Below are positions 27,886 to 37,754 of a DNA stretch of 64,000 nt, one piece after another. The stretch comes from an uncultured Enterobacteriaceae bacterium (GTDB lineage: Bacteria > Pseudomonadota > Gammaproteobacteria > Burkholderiales > SG8-39). The stretch spans positions 61-64,060 of the forward strand of contig CAYWSG010000011.1 of assembly GCA_964461055.1 (NCBI GenBank), in the 5' to 3' direction. The notes below the pieces were generated by a model that did no database searches, was not told the DNA's origin, and worked only from the letters and a program-made list of their open reading frames with translations. Each line of letters begins with the position of its first letter. Positions within the stretch are counted from its first letter, which is position 1. Made by a program: the position numbers and the translations under genes.

Positions 27886-29987
27886 TACGCGTGCCCCATC
27901 TCGTCGACCACGCGGATCTGGGTAGTGTTCTCCACGGCCACGCCTATGATGTCGTCCACCGCAAGGTTCTTGGGGAACTGATGGGCGATGAATAGGACCG
28001 TCGCCGAGCCCTTGAGCTTGTTGACCGTGGCGGCGAAGCGCTCGGCGGTGTGCGTGTCCAGGGCGCTGGTGGCTTCATCGAAGAGGAGTACGCGCGGGCG
28101 CTTGAGCAGGGCGCGGGCGATGGCGAGGCGCTGGCGCTGGCCGCCGGAGAGGCCGGTGCCGTGCTCGCCGATCTCGGTGTTGTAGCCCTGCGGGAGCTGC
28201 TCGACGACTTCGTGGATCTCGGCGGTCTTGCAGGCGCGCACGATGTCGGCGAAGGAAGCGCTGGGGTTGGCGGCGAGGAGGTTCTCGTAGATGCTGCCGC
28301 TGAAGAGGACCGTCTCCTGGGGAACGACGCCGAAGTACTGGCGAAGCTCGTTGGCGGAGAAGTGCCGAATGTCGCGGCCGTCGATGGCGATCTGGCCGTC
28401 GGTGGGGTGGTAGAAGCCTAGAAGAAGCTTGGCGAGCGTGCTCTTGCCGCAGCCGGAAGGGCCGGTGAGGACGGTGAGCTTGCCGGGCTGAAGGGTCAGG
28501 TTGAGATTCTTGTAGAGGAAGGGATGCTCAGGCGAGTAGCGGAAGGCGAGGTCGCGGATCTGGATCTCGCACCTGCCCTCCGGTGCGCGTGACGGCATGA
28601 GCGCGTAAGGCTCGGTGGGCGCGTCCATGATGTCGCCCAGGCGCCGGACGGCGATGGAGGCCTGCTGGAACTCGTGCCACAGGCCCGCGAGCCGGAGCAT
28701 CGGTTGCGACATGCGGCTCGCGAACATCTGGAAGGCGACGAGCATGCCGATGGTGAAGCCGTCGTTCCGCATGACCAGCAGCGCGCCGAAGCAGAGGATG
28801 CCCAGCGTCATCGCCTGCTCGAGCAGGTTGGCGAGGGTGTTGTAGGTGTTGGAGACCTGCCGCGTGTCGAAGCCGGCGGCGAGGTACTGCGCCAGCATCT
28901 CGTCGTAGCGGCCCTCGAGGCGCGGCTCCATCTGCAGCGACTTCACCGTCTCGATGCCCGCCACGTACTCGGTGAGGAACGCCTGGTTGCGCGCGCCGAT
29001 CAGGAACTGCTTGTTGAGCCGCGCGCGGAGCATCGGCGTGACGGCGATCGACAGCGCGGTGATGAGGACGAGCATGGCGAGCGCGACGAGCGTGAGCTGC
29101 CAGCTGTAGAAGAACATCACCGCGAGGAAGACGAGCAGGAACGGGAAGTCGAGGATCAGCGACACCGCCGCGCCGGCGAGGAACTCGCGCACCGTCTCCA
29201 CGGCGCGCACCCGCGCGATGGTGACCCCCGTGGGCCGGTGCTCGAAGTACGGCACCACCATGCGCAGCACCTGCCGGAAGACCTGGCTGCCGAGGACGGC
29301 GTCCACGCGGTTGCCGGTGTGGAGCACCATGTACTGGCGCAGCCATCCCATACCCGCGTTGAAGAGCATGAACATGGCGAGGCCGACGGCGATGACCACC
29401 AGCGTGTTGGTCGTCTGGTGCACCACCACCTTGTCGATGATGACCTGCGTGAAGAGCGGCGTGGTCAGTGCAAGGAGCTGGATGAAGAGCGACGCGAGGA
29501 GCACGTCGCGCCAGATGCGCTTATGGCGCAGGAGCTCCGCCCAGAACCAGCGGAAGCCGAACTTCGAAGCGGGCTCCGCGCCGTCGTCGCCCTCGATGGG
29601 CGCCTTGCGCTCGTGGCGCACGAGGAGGAGCACCGGCTCGAAGCGCTCGCGGAATTCCTGCGCCGTAGCGGTGATTGGCCGGTAGTCGCCGGCCTGAAAG
29701 TACGCTACGCGCTCGTCCTCGATCCGGCCGACGATGGCCGGCACGCGCGACTCGCCGCGCAGGAATCCGACGCAGGGCGTCGGCACCTTGCCGAGGCCGG
29801 CCCGGGAAACGTCGAAGCTACCCGTGGCGAAGCCGAGCGACTTGGCCGCCTCGAGGAGCTGCAGCGTCGTGTGCGGCGCCGGGAAGCGCTGCACGAGGAG
29901 CGCGGCGTCGAACGGCAGCCGGTTGAGCTGGCACAGGCTCCCCAGCAGCCAGACAAACGCTTCCCCCGACAGCGCCGCCTCTTGCAC
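27885..29987 (-). CDS. Type I secretion ABC transporter (HlyB-like, N-terminal C39-like domain without the catalytic Cys position)
   Basis: 700 aa with a C39-like N-domain, 6 TM segments, Walker A GPSGCGKST, signature LSGGQRQR and Walker B VLLFDEAT. Confidence 0.9.
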   Translation of the reverse strand: MQEAALSGEAFVWLLGSLCQLNRLPFDAALLVQRFPAPHTTLQLLEAAKSLGFATGSFDVSRAGLGKVPTPCVGFLRGESRVPAIVGRIEDERVAYFQAGDYRPITATAQEFRERFEPVLLLVRHERKAPIEGDDGAEPASKFGFRWFWAELLRHKRIWRDVLLASLFIQLLALTTPLFTQVIIDKVVVHQTTNTLVVIAVGLAMFMLFNAGMGWLRQYMVLHTGNRVDAVLGSQVFRQVLRMVVPYFEHRPTGVTIARVRAVETVREFLAGAAVSLILDFPFLLVFLAVMFFYSWQLTLVALAMLVLITALSIAVTPMLRARLNKQFLIGARNQAFLTEYVAGIETVKSLQMEPRLEGRYDEMLAQYLAAGFDTRQVSNTYNTLANLLEQAMTLGILCFGALLVMRNDGFTIGMLVAFQMFASRMSQPMLRLAGLWHEFQQASIAVRRLGDIMDAPTEPYALMPSRAPEGRCEIQIRDLAFRYSPEHPFLYKNLNLTLQPGKLTVLTGPSGCGKSTLAKLLLGFYHPTDGQIAIDGRDIRHFSANELRQYFGVVPQETVLFSGSIYENLLAANPSASFADIVRACKTAEIHEVVEQLPQGYNTEIGEHGTGLSGGQRQRLAIARALLKRPRVLLFDEATSALDTHTAERFAATVNKLKGSATVLFIAHQFPKNLAVDDIIGVAVENTTQIRVVDEMGHA

Positions 29988-30091
29988 AACCGCCCCCCTG
30001 ACGATCGGTCATGCCCCGTGTGTGCGGAAAGTCTAATGGGCGCGTTCGGAGACGGCGCACCGGCCGCCCAGAAACCGACAGCGCGATAAAT

Positions 30092-30108
30092 GCCGGCGAA
30101 GCGCCGGC
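30092..30108 (-). terminator. Hairpin immediately after the mgtC-family gene stop
   Basis: The minus strand reads GCCGGCG-CTT-CGCCGGC, followed by ATTTAT. Short loop and weak T-tract. Confidence 0.4.
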
Positions 30109-30110
30109 TT

Positions 30111-30809
30111 CTAGTCGCCGGTCGGGGCGATGCGGAACTCGACGACGGTGCCGTTCTTCTCGAGGGTCTGGGCGAGGCGGCCGGCGGCGGCGCGGTCGGT
30201 GGAGCGGATGACCATGGCGTGGCGGCGGATGTGGCCCTCGCCCACCAGGCGGTAGGTGAAGCCGGCGATGCTGAAGCCGTGGTCCTCGACGAGCTCGCGG
30301 ATCTCCTGCTCGGTCATGCCCCCGGCGCGCTGGAACTGCACGTCGAAGTGGTAGTAGGACTGGAACGGCATGTGGCTCTCGATCCAGCGGAAGAAGGAGA
30401 GCACGCCGAGCGTGATGATGACCGAGACCACCAGCGGGAAGTAGAAGCCGATGCCGGCGAGGATGCCGATGGCGGAGGTGATCCAGATGGACGCGGCGGT
30501 GGTGAGCCCCCGCACCGAGAGGCCTTCCTTGATGATGACGCCGGCGCCGAGGAAGCCGATGCCGGTCATGATGCCCTGGGCCATGCGGGTGGGGTCGATC
30601 TGCAGCCGCCCGACCTCGACCTGCACCCAGTGGGCCTCGTAGACGGTGACCAGCATCAGGAGGGCGGAGGCGACGCAGACGAGCGCATGGGTGCGGAAGC
30701 CGGCCGGCCGGCCGTGGTACGAGCGCTCGAAGCCGATGAGGGACCCCGCCAGCAGGGCTGCCAGGAGCCGAGCCGCCATCTCGTAGATGTCGGTGATGTC
30801 GATGGTCAC
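30111..30809 (-). CDS. MgtC/SapB family membrane protein
   Basis: 232 aa with a GTG start, the N-terminal motif LLAGSLIGFERSYHGRPAGFRTHALV and a C-terminal ACT-like soluble domain. Confidence 0.88.
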   Translation of the reverse strand: MTIDITDIYEMAARLLAALLAGSLIGFERSYHGRPAGFRTHALVCVASALLMLVTVYEAHWVQVEVGRLQIDPTRMAQGIMTGIGFLGAGVIIKEGLSVRGLTTAASIWITSAIGILAGIGFYFPLVVSVIITLGVLSFFRWIESHMPFQSYYHFDVQFQRAGGMTEQEIRELVEDHGFSIAGFTYRLVGEGHIRRHAMVIRSTDRAAAGRLAQTLEKNGTVVEFRIAPTGD

Positions 30810-30854
30810 GGGCCGCTATCCTACCCAACGGCGTTGGCGCCTGATAGCATTCGA

Positions 30855-30880
30855 GAAACGGCGGCCGGTGCCGCCGTTTC
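30855..30880. other. Perfect 11-bp-stem hairpin in the mgtC/argD divergent spacer
   Basis: GAAACGGCGGC-CGGT-GCCGCCGTTTC. Neither strand has a proper T-tract, so it is probably a leader or operator structure rather than a terminator. Confidence 0.5.
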
Positions 30881-30884
30881 CATT

Positions 30885-30936
30885 TGGGGGTTTGAGGCGG
30901 CACCTGGGGGTTGAAGCTGCATCTGGGGGTTTGAAG
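30885..30936 (+). repeat. Three direct copies of TGGGGGTT(T)GA(A/G)G spaced 19-20 bp apart, ending 4 nt before the argD ATG
   Basis: TGGGGGTTTGAGG (30885), TGGGGGTTGAAG (30905) and TGGGGGTTTGAAG (30924), read directly. Confidence 0.8.
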
Positions 30937-30939
30937 ACT

Positions 30940-32124
30940 ATGTCCCACGTCATGAATACCTACGCCCGGCAGCCGGTCGCGTTCGTGCGCGGCGAGGGCG
31001 TGTGGCTTTGGGACGAGGCCGGGAAGAAGTACCTCGACGCGCTCGCCGGCATCGCCGTCAACACGCTCGGCTACGCGCACCCGCGCCTCACCGAGGCGCT
31101 CCGCAAGCGCCTCGAGAGCGGCGTCATCCACACCTCGAACCTCTGGCGCGTCCCGGACCAGGAGGCGGCGGCCGACCGGGTGGCCGAGATCACGGGGCTC
31201 GACGAGGTGTTCTTCTGCAACTCGGGGCTGGAAGCGAACGAGGCGGCGATCAAGATCGCGCGCAAGTACGGCCACGACCGCGGCGTCGCGGAGCCCGCCA
31301 TCGTCGTGATGGAGAAGGCCTTCCACGGCCGCTCGCTCGCCACGCTCTCGGCCACCGGCAGCCGCAAGGTGCAGGCGGGCTTCGAGCCGCTGGTGCAGGG
31401 CTTCGTGCGCGTGCCGCTCAACGACCTCGAGGCGGTGCGCCAGGCGGGCGAGCACAACCGCAACATCGTCGCGGTGATGATCGAGCCCATCCAGGGCGAG
31501 GGCGGCATCAACGTCTCGCGCCTGGAGTACCTGCGCGGCCTGAAGGCGCTCTGCGACGAGAAGGAATGGCTCTTCATCTCCGACGAGGTGCAGTGCGGCC
31601 TCGGGCGCACCGGCAAGTGGTTCGTCTACCAGCACGCCGGCTTTCTCCCCGACGTGGTGCCGCTCGCCAAGGGGCTCGGCTCCGGCGTCCCGGTCGGCGC
31701 CTGCGTGGTCGGCAACCGGGCGAAGGGAGTGCTCAAGCCCGGCAACCACGGCTCCACCTTCGGCGGCAACCCGCTCGCCATGACCGCGGTCATCGCCACC
31801 ATCGACACGGTGAAGGAAGAGAACCTCATGGCGCGCGCCGTGGCCACCGGCGAGACGATCCGAAATGGCCTGCGCGAGGCGCTCGAGGGCGCCGGCGGCG
31901 TGACCGAGATCCGCGGCATGGGCGCGATGATCGGCGTCGAGCTCGCGAAGCCCTGCGGCGAGCTCGTGCTGCAGGCGCTCGAGGCGGGGCTCGTCCTCAA
32001 CGTGACCGCCGACAACGTGATCCGGATGCTCCCGCCGCTCGTCATGGCCGAGGCGGAGGCGAAGGAGGTGGTGCGCCGGCTCGCGCCGCTCGTCCGCAAC
32101 TTCCTCTCGGGCGGCGCCGCATGA
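30940..32124 (+). CDS. argD: Acetylornithine aminotransferase
   Basis: [25 protein letters not shown]...; class III aminotransferase motif [13 protein letters not shown]. Followed by argF and argG. Confidence 0.92.
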   Translation: MSHVMNTYARQPVAFVRGEGVWLWDEAGKKYLDALAGIAVNTLGYAHPRLTEALRKRLESGVIHTSNLWRVPDQEAAADRVAEITGLDEVFFCNSGLEANEAAIKIARKYGHDRGVAEPAIVVMEKAFHGRSLATLSATGSRKVQAGFEPLVQGFVRVPLNDLEAVRQAGEHNRNIVAVMIEPIQGEGGINVSRLEYLRGLKALCDEKEWLFISDEVQCGLGRTGKWFVYQHAGFLPDVVPLAKGLGSGVPVGACVVGNRAKGVLKPGNHGSTFGGNPLAMTAVIATIDTVKEENLMARAVATGETIRNGLREALEGAGGVTEIRGMGAMIGVELAKPCGELVLQALEAGLVLNVTADNVIRMLPPLVMAEAEAKEVVRRLAPLVRNFLSGGAA

Positions 32125-33043
32125 CGCCGATGCCCAAGGTGGCCGTCCGCCACTTCCTGCAGATCCGCGACTTCACGCGCGAGGAGTACGAGCACCTCTT
32201 CGCCCGCACCCGGTGGATCAAGGACAAGTTCAAGCGCTACGAGCGCTACTGGCCGCTCGAGGACCGCACGCTCGCGATGATCTTCGAGAAGCAGTCCACC
32301 CGCACGCGCCTCTCCTTCGAGGCGGGCATCCACCAGCTCGGCGGCGCCGCCATCTTCCTCAACACGCGCGACTCGCAGCTCGGCCGCGGCGAGCCGGTCG
32401 AGGACGCGGCGCAGGTCGTCTCGCGCATGTGCGACATCGTCATGATCCGCACCTTCGAGCAGTCGATCGTCGAGCGCTTCGCCGCGCACTCGCGCGTGCC
32501 GGTCATCAACGGCCTCACCAACGAGCATCACCCCTGCCAGATCCTCGGCGACATCTACACCTACACCGAGCACCGCGGCTCGATCGAGGGCCGCACCGTC
32601 GCGTGGATCGGCGATTCCAACAACGTGCTGCACAGCTGGCTGCAGGCGGCGCCCATCTTCGGCTTCAAGGTGAACGTCTCCACGCCCCCGGGCTACGAGG
32701 TGGAGCCCGAGCGGCTCTGCTCGAACTGCGAGTCCTTCGCCGACCCGATGGAGGCGGCGAAAGGCGCCGACCTCGTCACCACCGACGTCTGGACCTCCAT
32801 GGGCTTCGAGGCGGAGGACGCCGAGCGCAAGCGCGCCTTCCAGGACTGGCAGGTCGACGCCGAGATGATGCGCGCGGCGAAGAAGGACGCGCTCTTCATG
32901 CACTGCCTGCCGGCGCACCGCGGCGAGGAGGTCGCCGCCGAGGTGATCGACGGGCCGCAGAGCGTCGTCTGGGACGAGGCGGAGAACCGCCTGCACTCGC
33001 AGAAGGCGCTGCTCGAATTCCTCATGCTGGGAGTCGTGAAGTA

Positions 33044-33044
<1 letters not shown>
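32121..33044 (+). CDS. argF: Ornithine carbamoyltransferase
   Basis: [20 protein letters not shown] and [10 protein letters not shown] motifs. ATGA overlap with the argD stop. Confidence 0.94.
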
Positions 33045-34300
<1,256 letters not shown>

Positions 34301-34302
34301 CC

Positions 34303-34965
34303 ATGCGCCTCGCGCTCGCCCTGCTGCTTTCGCTCTTCGTGGCGAGCGCCCATCCCGCCCCCTTCGCAGTGCAGGTCGGCGACACCAAGGTGGCGCTCGA
34401 CACGCCGGCCGGGTTCGCCGACACGATGTTCACCGGCTCGCCGCGGCTCATCGAGCTGGCCGAGTCGCTCACCTCGGCGTCGAACCGCATCCTCCTTTTC
34501 GCGCTCACCGACGCGGATCTCCGGCGCTTCACGCTCGGCGACCCGATCGAGGGGCGGCGCTACCTGATCGCCGTCACGCCGCGCGCCATGGAGCGCGAGC
34601 GGGTGAGCGGCGAGGCTTTCCGGGCGTTCGTCGACGAGGCGCTCCGGAACGCGGGCAAGCCGCCCGCGCCGGGCAAGCCGCTCCTGGAGGTGCTCGACGC
34701 GCGGCCGGGGAAGCTCACGCTCCTCGAGGAGCTCCGGCGCGAGCCCGACGTGGTCTCCGTCCTGCAGGGCACGCGGCTCACGCCGAGCGAGGATCGCCCC
34801 GAGCTCAAGCAGTACCTTCTTTCCACCACCACGCTCATCCTGCTCCGCGGCAAGGCGCTCAGCCTGGGCGTGCACACCACCTACGAGGGCCCGGCGGACG
34901 TAGACTGGATCCGCATCGTGACCGCGCGCTGGATCGACGAGCTGCAGCGCCTGAACACGCGCTAG
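34303..34965 (+). CDS. Hypothetical secreted protein (signal peptide, no family recognised)
   Basis: The ATG lies 2 nt after the argG stop. The N-terminus [21 protein letters not shown] is signal-peptide-like. The remaining 200 aa have normal composition but no motif I recognise. Confidence 0.6.
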   Translation: MRLALALLLSLFVASAHPAPFAVQVGDTKVALDTPAGFADTMFTGSPRLIELAESLTSASNRILLFALTDADLRRFTLGDPIEGRRYLIAVTPRAMERERVSGEAFRAFVDEALRNAGKPPAPGKPLLEVLDARPGKLTLLEELRREPDVVSVLQGTRLTPSEDRPELKQYLLSTTTLILLRGKALSLGVHTTYEGPADVDWIRIVTARWIDELQRLNTR

Positions 34966-34981
34966 GAGAAAGGAGCCTCCC

Positions 34982-35467
34982 ATGCCCTCTTTCGACATCG
35001 TCTCGCAGGTCGATCGCCAGGAAGTGAAGAACGCGGTCGAGCAGGCGAACAAGGAAATCGGCAATCGCTACGACTTCAAGGGCTCGGACGCCCGCGTGGA
35101 GCAGAACGAGCTCGAGCTCACGGTCTTCGCCGACGACGACTTCAAGCTCGGCCAGGTCATGGATGTCCTGCGGAACCGCCTCGCCAAACGCAACGTCGAC
35201 GTGCGCGCCCTCGAGCCCGGAAAGCCCGAGAAGATCTCCGGCGACAAGGTGAAGCAGCCCGTGACCCTGAGGAACGGCATCCCGGTCGAGAAGGGCAAGC
35301 AGATCGTCAAGCTCATCAAGGACGCGAAGCTCAAGGTAAACGGCTCCATCCAGGGCGACGCCGTGCGCGTGCAGGGCACGAAGAAGGACGACCTGCAGGC
35401 CGCCATCCAGCTCGTGCGCAGCCAGGTCACCGACCTCCCGCTCCAATTCATCAATTTCAGGGATTGA
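34982..35467 (+). CDS. yajQ: YajQ family nucleotide/cyclic-di-GMP-binding protein
   Basis: 161 aa ([34 protein letters not shown]...), characteristic of UPF0234/YajQ. Confidence 0.92.
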   Translation: MPSFDIVSQVDRQEVKNAVEQANKEIGNRYDFKGSDARVEQNELELTVFADDDFKLGQVMDVLRNRLAKRNVDVRALEPGKPEKISGDKVKQPVTLRNGIPVEKGKQIVKLIKDAKLKVNGSIQGDAVRVQGTKKDDLQAAIQLVRSQVTDLPLQFINFRD

Positions 35468-35498
35468 GAGTCACAACTGCAGGGATTGAGCGGCCCCG

Positions 35499-36281
35499 AT
35501 GAGCCGGCTCGACGGCAAGGTTGCGCTCATTACGGGCGGCGGCGCGGGCATCGGCGCCGCCACGGCGCGGCGGTTCTGCGCCGAGGGCGCGCGCGTCGTG
35601 CTCGTCGACCTCGACGCCGGGCGGCTGGAGGCAACAAAGGTTTCCATTCAGGGCGGCACGGAGCCTGAAGTGGGCCCCCGTGTTGCCACCTGCGTGGCCG
35701 ACGTCGCGGACGAGGGGGCGGCAGAGCGGGCGGTCCAGGCGGCGCTCGGGGCCTTCGGAAGGCTCGACGTCCTCGTCAACAATGCCGCGATGCGCAACTA
35801 CTCGGCGGTGGCCGAGGCGACGGCCGAGGAATGGGCGAAGGTGGTCTCGGTGAACCTGACTGCGGCTGCGGGCTTCGCCCGGGCCGCCCTGCCGGCGCTG
35901 CGGGAAAGCGGCAAGGGGGCGATCGTCAACGTCTCGTCCTGCTACGCGGTCGCCGGACGCAAGGGCATGGCCATCTACGACGCCACGAAAGCGGGCCTGC
36001 TCGCCCTCACCCGCACCCTCGCCCACGAGGAGGCGCGCCACGGCATCCGCGCGAACGCCGTGTGCCCCGGCCCCACGCTGACGGAGTTCCACATCGAGCG
36101 CGCCCGCGCCGCAGGAAAGGATCGGACGGCGCTCGAGCGCGCGCGCGATGACGCCTCGCTTCTCGGCCGCTGGGCGACGCCCGAGGAGATCGCCGCCCCC
36201 ATCCTCTGGCTCGCGAGCGACGAGGCGTCCTTCGTGACCGGCGCCGCGCTCATGGTGGACGGCGGGCTGTCGATCAAGTAG
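35499..36281 (+). CDS. SDR family oxidoreductase
   Basis: TGGGAGIG cofactor motif, NNAA, and the catalytic YDATKAG (YxxxK). Confidence 0.9.
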   Translation: MSRLDGKVALITGGGAGIGAATARRFCAEGARVVLVDLDAGRLEATKVSIQGGTEPEVGPRVATCVADVADEGAAERAVQAALGAFGRLDVLVNNAAMRNYSAVAEATAEEWAKVVSVNLTAAAGFARAALPALRESGKGAIVNVSSCYAVAGRKGMAIYDATKAGLLALTRTLAHEEARHGIRANAVCPGPTLTEFHIERARAAGKDRTALERARDDASLLGRWATPEEIAAPILWLASDEASFVTGAALMVDGGLSIK

Positions 36282-36293
36282 CGCGCGACCGAC

Positions 36294-37031
36294 TCAGTCG
36301 CCTTCGCTGAGCGCGAGCGTCCAGCGCTCGTAGAGCCGGTCGGCCACCGCGTGCAGGGCCTCGACGCGGCGCCCGATGTCGCGGCGGATCTCCTCGGCGC
36401 TTTGCACGCCGGCGCTCCTGCCGGCGTCGTTGCCCGCCGCCCGGGCAGCGAGCGCGTGCTCGTGCTCCTTGCCTTTCAGCCAGGACTCGATCATCGGCAC
36501 GGTCATCTCGACGTGGCATTGCATGCCGAGATGCGGGCCGATCGCGAAGGCCTGGTTCGCGCAGTGGTCGTTCTCGAGGATGCGCGTGGCCCCCGGCGGG
36601 ATGCTGAAGGTCTCGCCGTGCCAGTGGAAGGACTCGAATGCCGAAAGCTCGCCGAGCCACGCGCGCGCCACGGAGTTGTCGCAAACGCGCACCTCGCCCC
36701 AGCCCATCTCGCGCACGGGGCTCGGGCCCACGACGCCGCCGAGCGCCTTCGACATGAGCTGGCCGCCGAGGCAGTGCCCGATCACGGGAACGTCCTTTCG
36801 CACCGCCTCGCGAATGAGCTCGAGCGCCGGCGCAATCCACGGCAGGTCGTCGTTCACGCTCATCGGCCCGCCCATGAAGCACAGGCCCGAGTACCGCCTT
36901 GCATCGCGAGGCACCGCATCGCCCCGGTCGAGCGCCACGAGCTCGAGCGGCACCGAGCGGCCCTCGAGATAGGTGGCAAAATAGGCAGGTCCTTCGCTCG
37001 GGGAGGTGCGGATGATGGCGACGGGCTTCAT
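36294..37031 (-). CDS. Type 1 glutamine amidotransferase-like protein
   Basis: 245 aa with the nucleophile elbow VIGHCLGGQL and HVE near the C-terminal third. Confidence 0.85.
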   Translation of the reverse strand: MKPVAIIRTSPSEGPAYFATYLEGRSVPLELVALDRGDAVPRDARRYSGLCFMGGPMSVNDDLPWIAPALELIREAVRKDVPVIGHCLGGQLMSKALGGVVGPSPVREMGWGEVRVCDNSVARAWLGELSAFESFHWHGETFSIPPGATRILENDHCANQAFAIGPHLGMQCHVEMTVPMIESWLKGKEHEHALAARAAGNDAGRSAGVQSAEEIRRDIGRRVEALHAVADRLYERWTLALSEGD

Positions 37032-37668
37032 GCCTTATTGTATTTCGCTCGGCCTCGCGGCTGCACTCTTCGCCGGTGCGGTCTCGGCCGCCGAGGTCGC
37101 GCTCGTCGGCGTCATCGGCCGCAAGGCGGCCGTGCTCGCCGTCGACGGCGGCGCGCCGAAGACGGTCAAGGTCGGGCAGGTCTGGCGAGGGATCAAGGTC
37201 CTGCAGGTCGAGCGCGAGAGCGCAGCCGTCGAGATCGAAGGCGAGCGGCGCGTCCTGGCGCTCGGGCAGCACTACCGCAGCGCTCCCGCCGAAAGCGACC
37301 GGCAGAGCGTCATCCTGGCGGCCGACCCGGCCGGTCACTTCTTCGTCGAAGGCGCGGTGAACGGCAGTCCGATGCGCTTCGTGGTCGATACCGGCGCCAC
37401 GCTCATCGCGCTGCCCGGCGCCGATGCCGAGCGCCTGGGCCTCGACTACCGCAAGGGCCGCCGCGGCATCTCGCAGACGGCCAACGGCCCGGTCGCGGTC
37501 TACCAGGTGCGCCTCGATAGCGTGCGCGTCGGCGACATCGAGCTCCACGGCGTCGAGGGGCTCGTCATCGAGCAGGGCCTGCCCGTCGCCCTCCTCGGCA
37601 TGAGCTTCCTCAACCGCGTCGACATGCGCCGCGACGGCGACCGCATGACCCTGATCCGCCGCTTCTGA
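37012..37668 (+). CDS. Retropepsin-like (clan AA, TIGR02281-type) aspartic protease with a signal/anchor segment
   Basis: The VVDTGATLIALP active-site motif is recognised. The ATG at 37012 lies 5 nt after GGGAGG. The longest ORF starts at GTG 37006. The 5-prime end overlaps the divergent amidotransferase gene by about 20 nt. Confidence 0.8.
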   Translation: MMATGFMPYCISLGLAAALFAGAVSAAEVALVGVIGRKAAVLAVDGGAPKTVKVGQVWRGIKVLQVERESAAVEIEGERRVLALGQHYRSAPAESDRQSVILAADPAGHFFVEGAVNGSPMRFVVDTGATLIALPGADAERLGLDYRKGRRGISQTANGPVAVYQVRLDSVRVGDIELHGVEGLVIEQGLPVALLGMSFLNRVDMRRDGDRMTLIRRF

Positions 37669-37679
37669 CACCCGAAAAA

Positions 37680-37753
37680 GGGGTCAGAACAATTTACGGG
37701 GAATCACAGCGGCGATTGATGCCTGTTCATTCTTCGTAAATTGTTCTGACCCC
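37680..37753. repeat. Long inverted repeat / extended hairpin element between convergent genes
   Basis: The arms GGGGTCAGAACAATTTACG (37680-37698) and CGTAAATTGTTCTGACCCC (37735-37753) are perfectly complementary (19 bp). The 36-nt spacer is partly self-complementary. A5 lies upstream and GTTATTT downstream. Confidence 0.85.
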
Positions 37754-37754
37754 G

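Noticed and set aside
27885-29987. Reading the ABC transporter as a bacteriocin or double-glycine-peptide exporter with an active C39 peptidase.
   Set aside because: In my manual alignment the catalytic Cys position of C39 is not Cys. No small GG-leader peptide gene is nearby. The HlyB-like degenerate C39-like domain reading fits better.
35458-35490. Direct repeat CAGGGATTGAG x2 spaced 22 bp apart, spanning the yajQ stop and the SDR ribosome-binding region.
   Set aside because: There are only two short copies, one inside coding sequence, which is compatible with chance. The second copy may simply be the SD region of the SDR gene.
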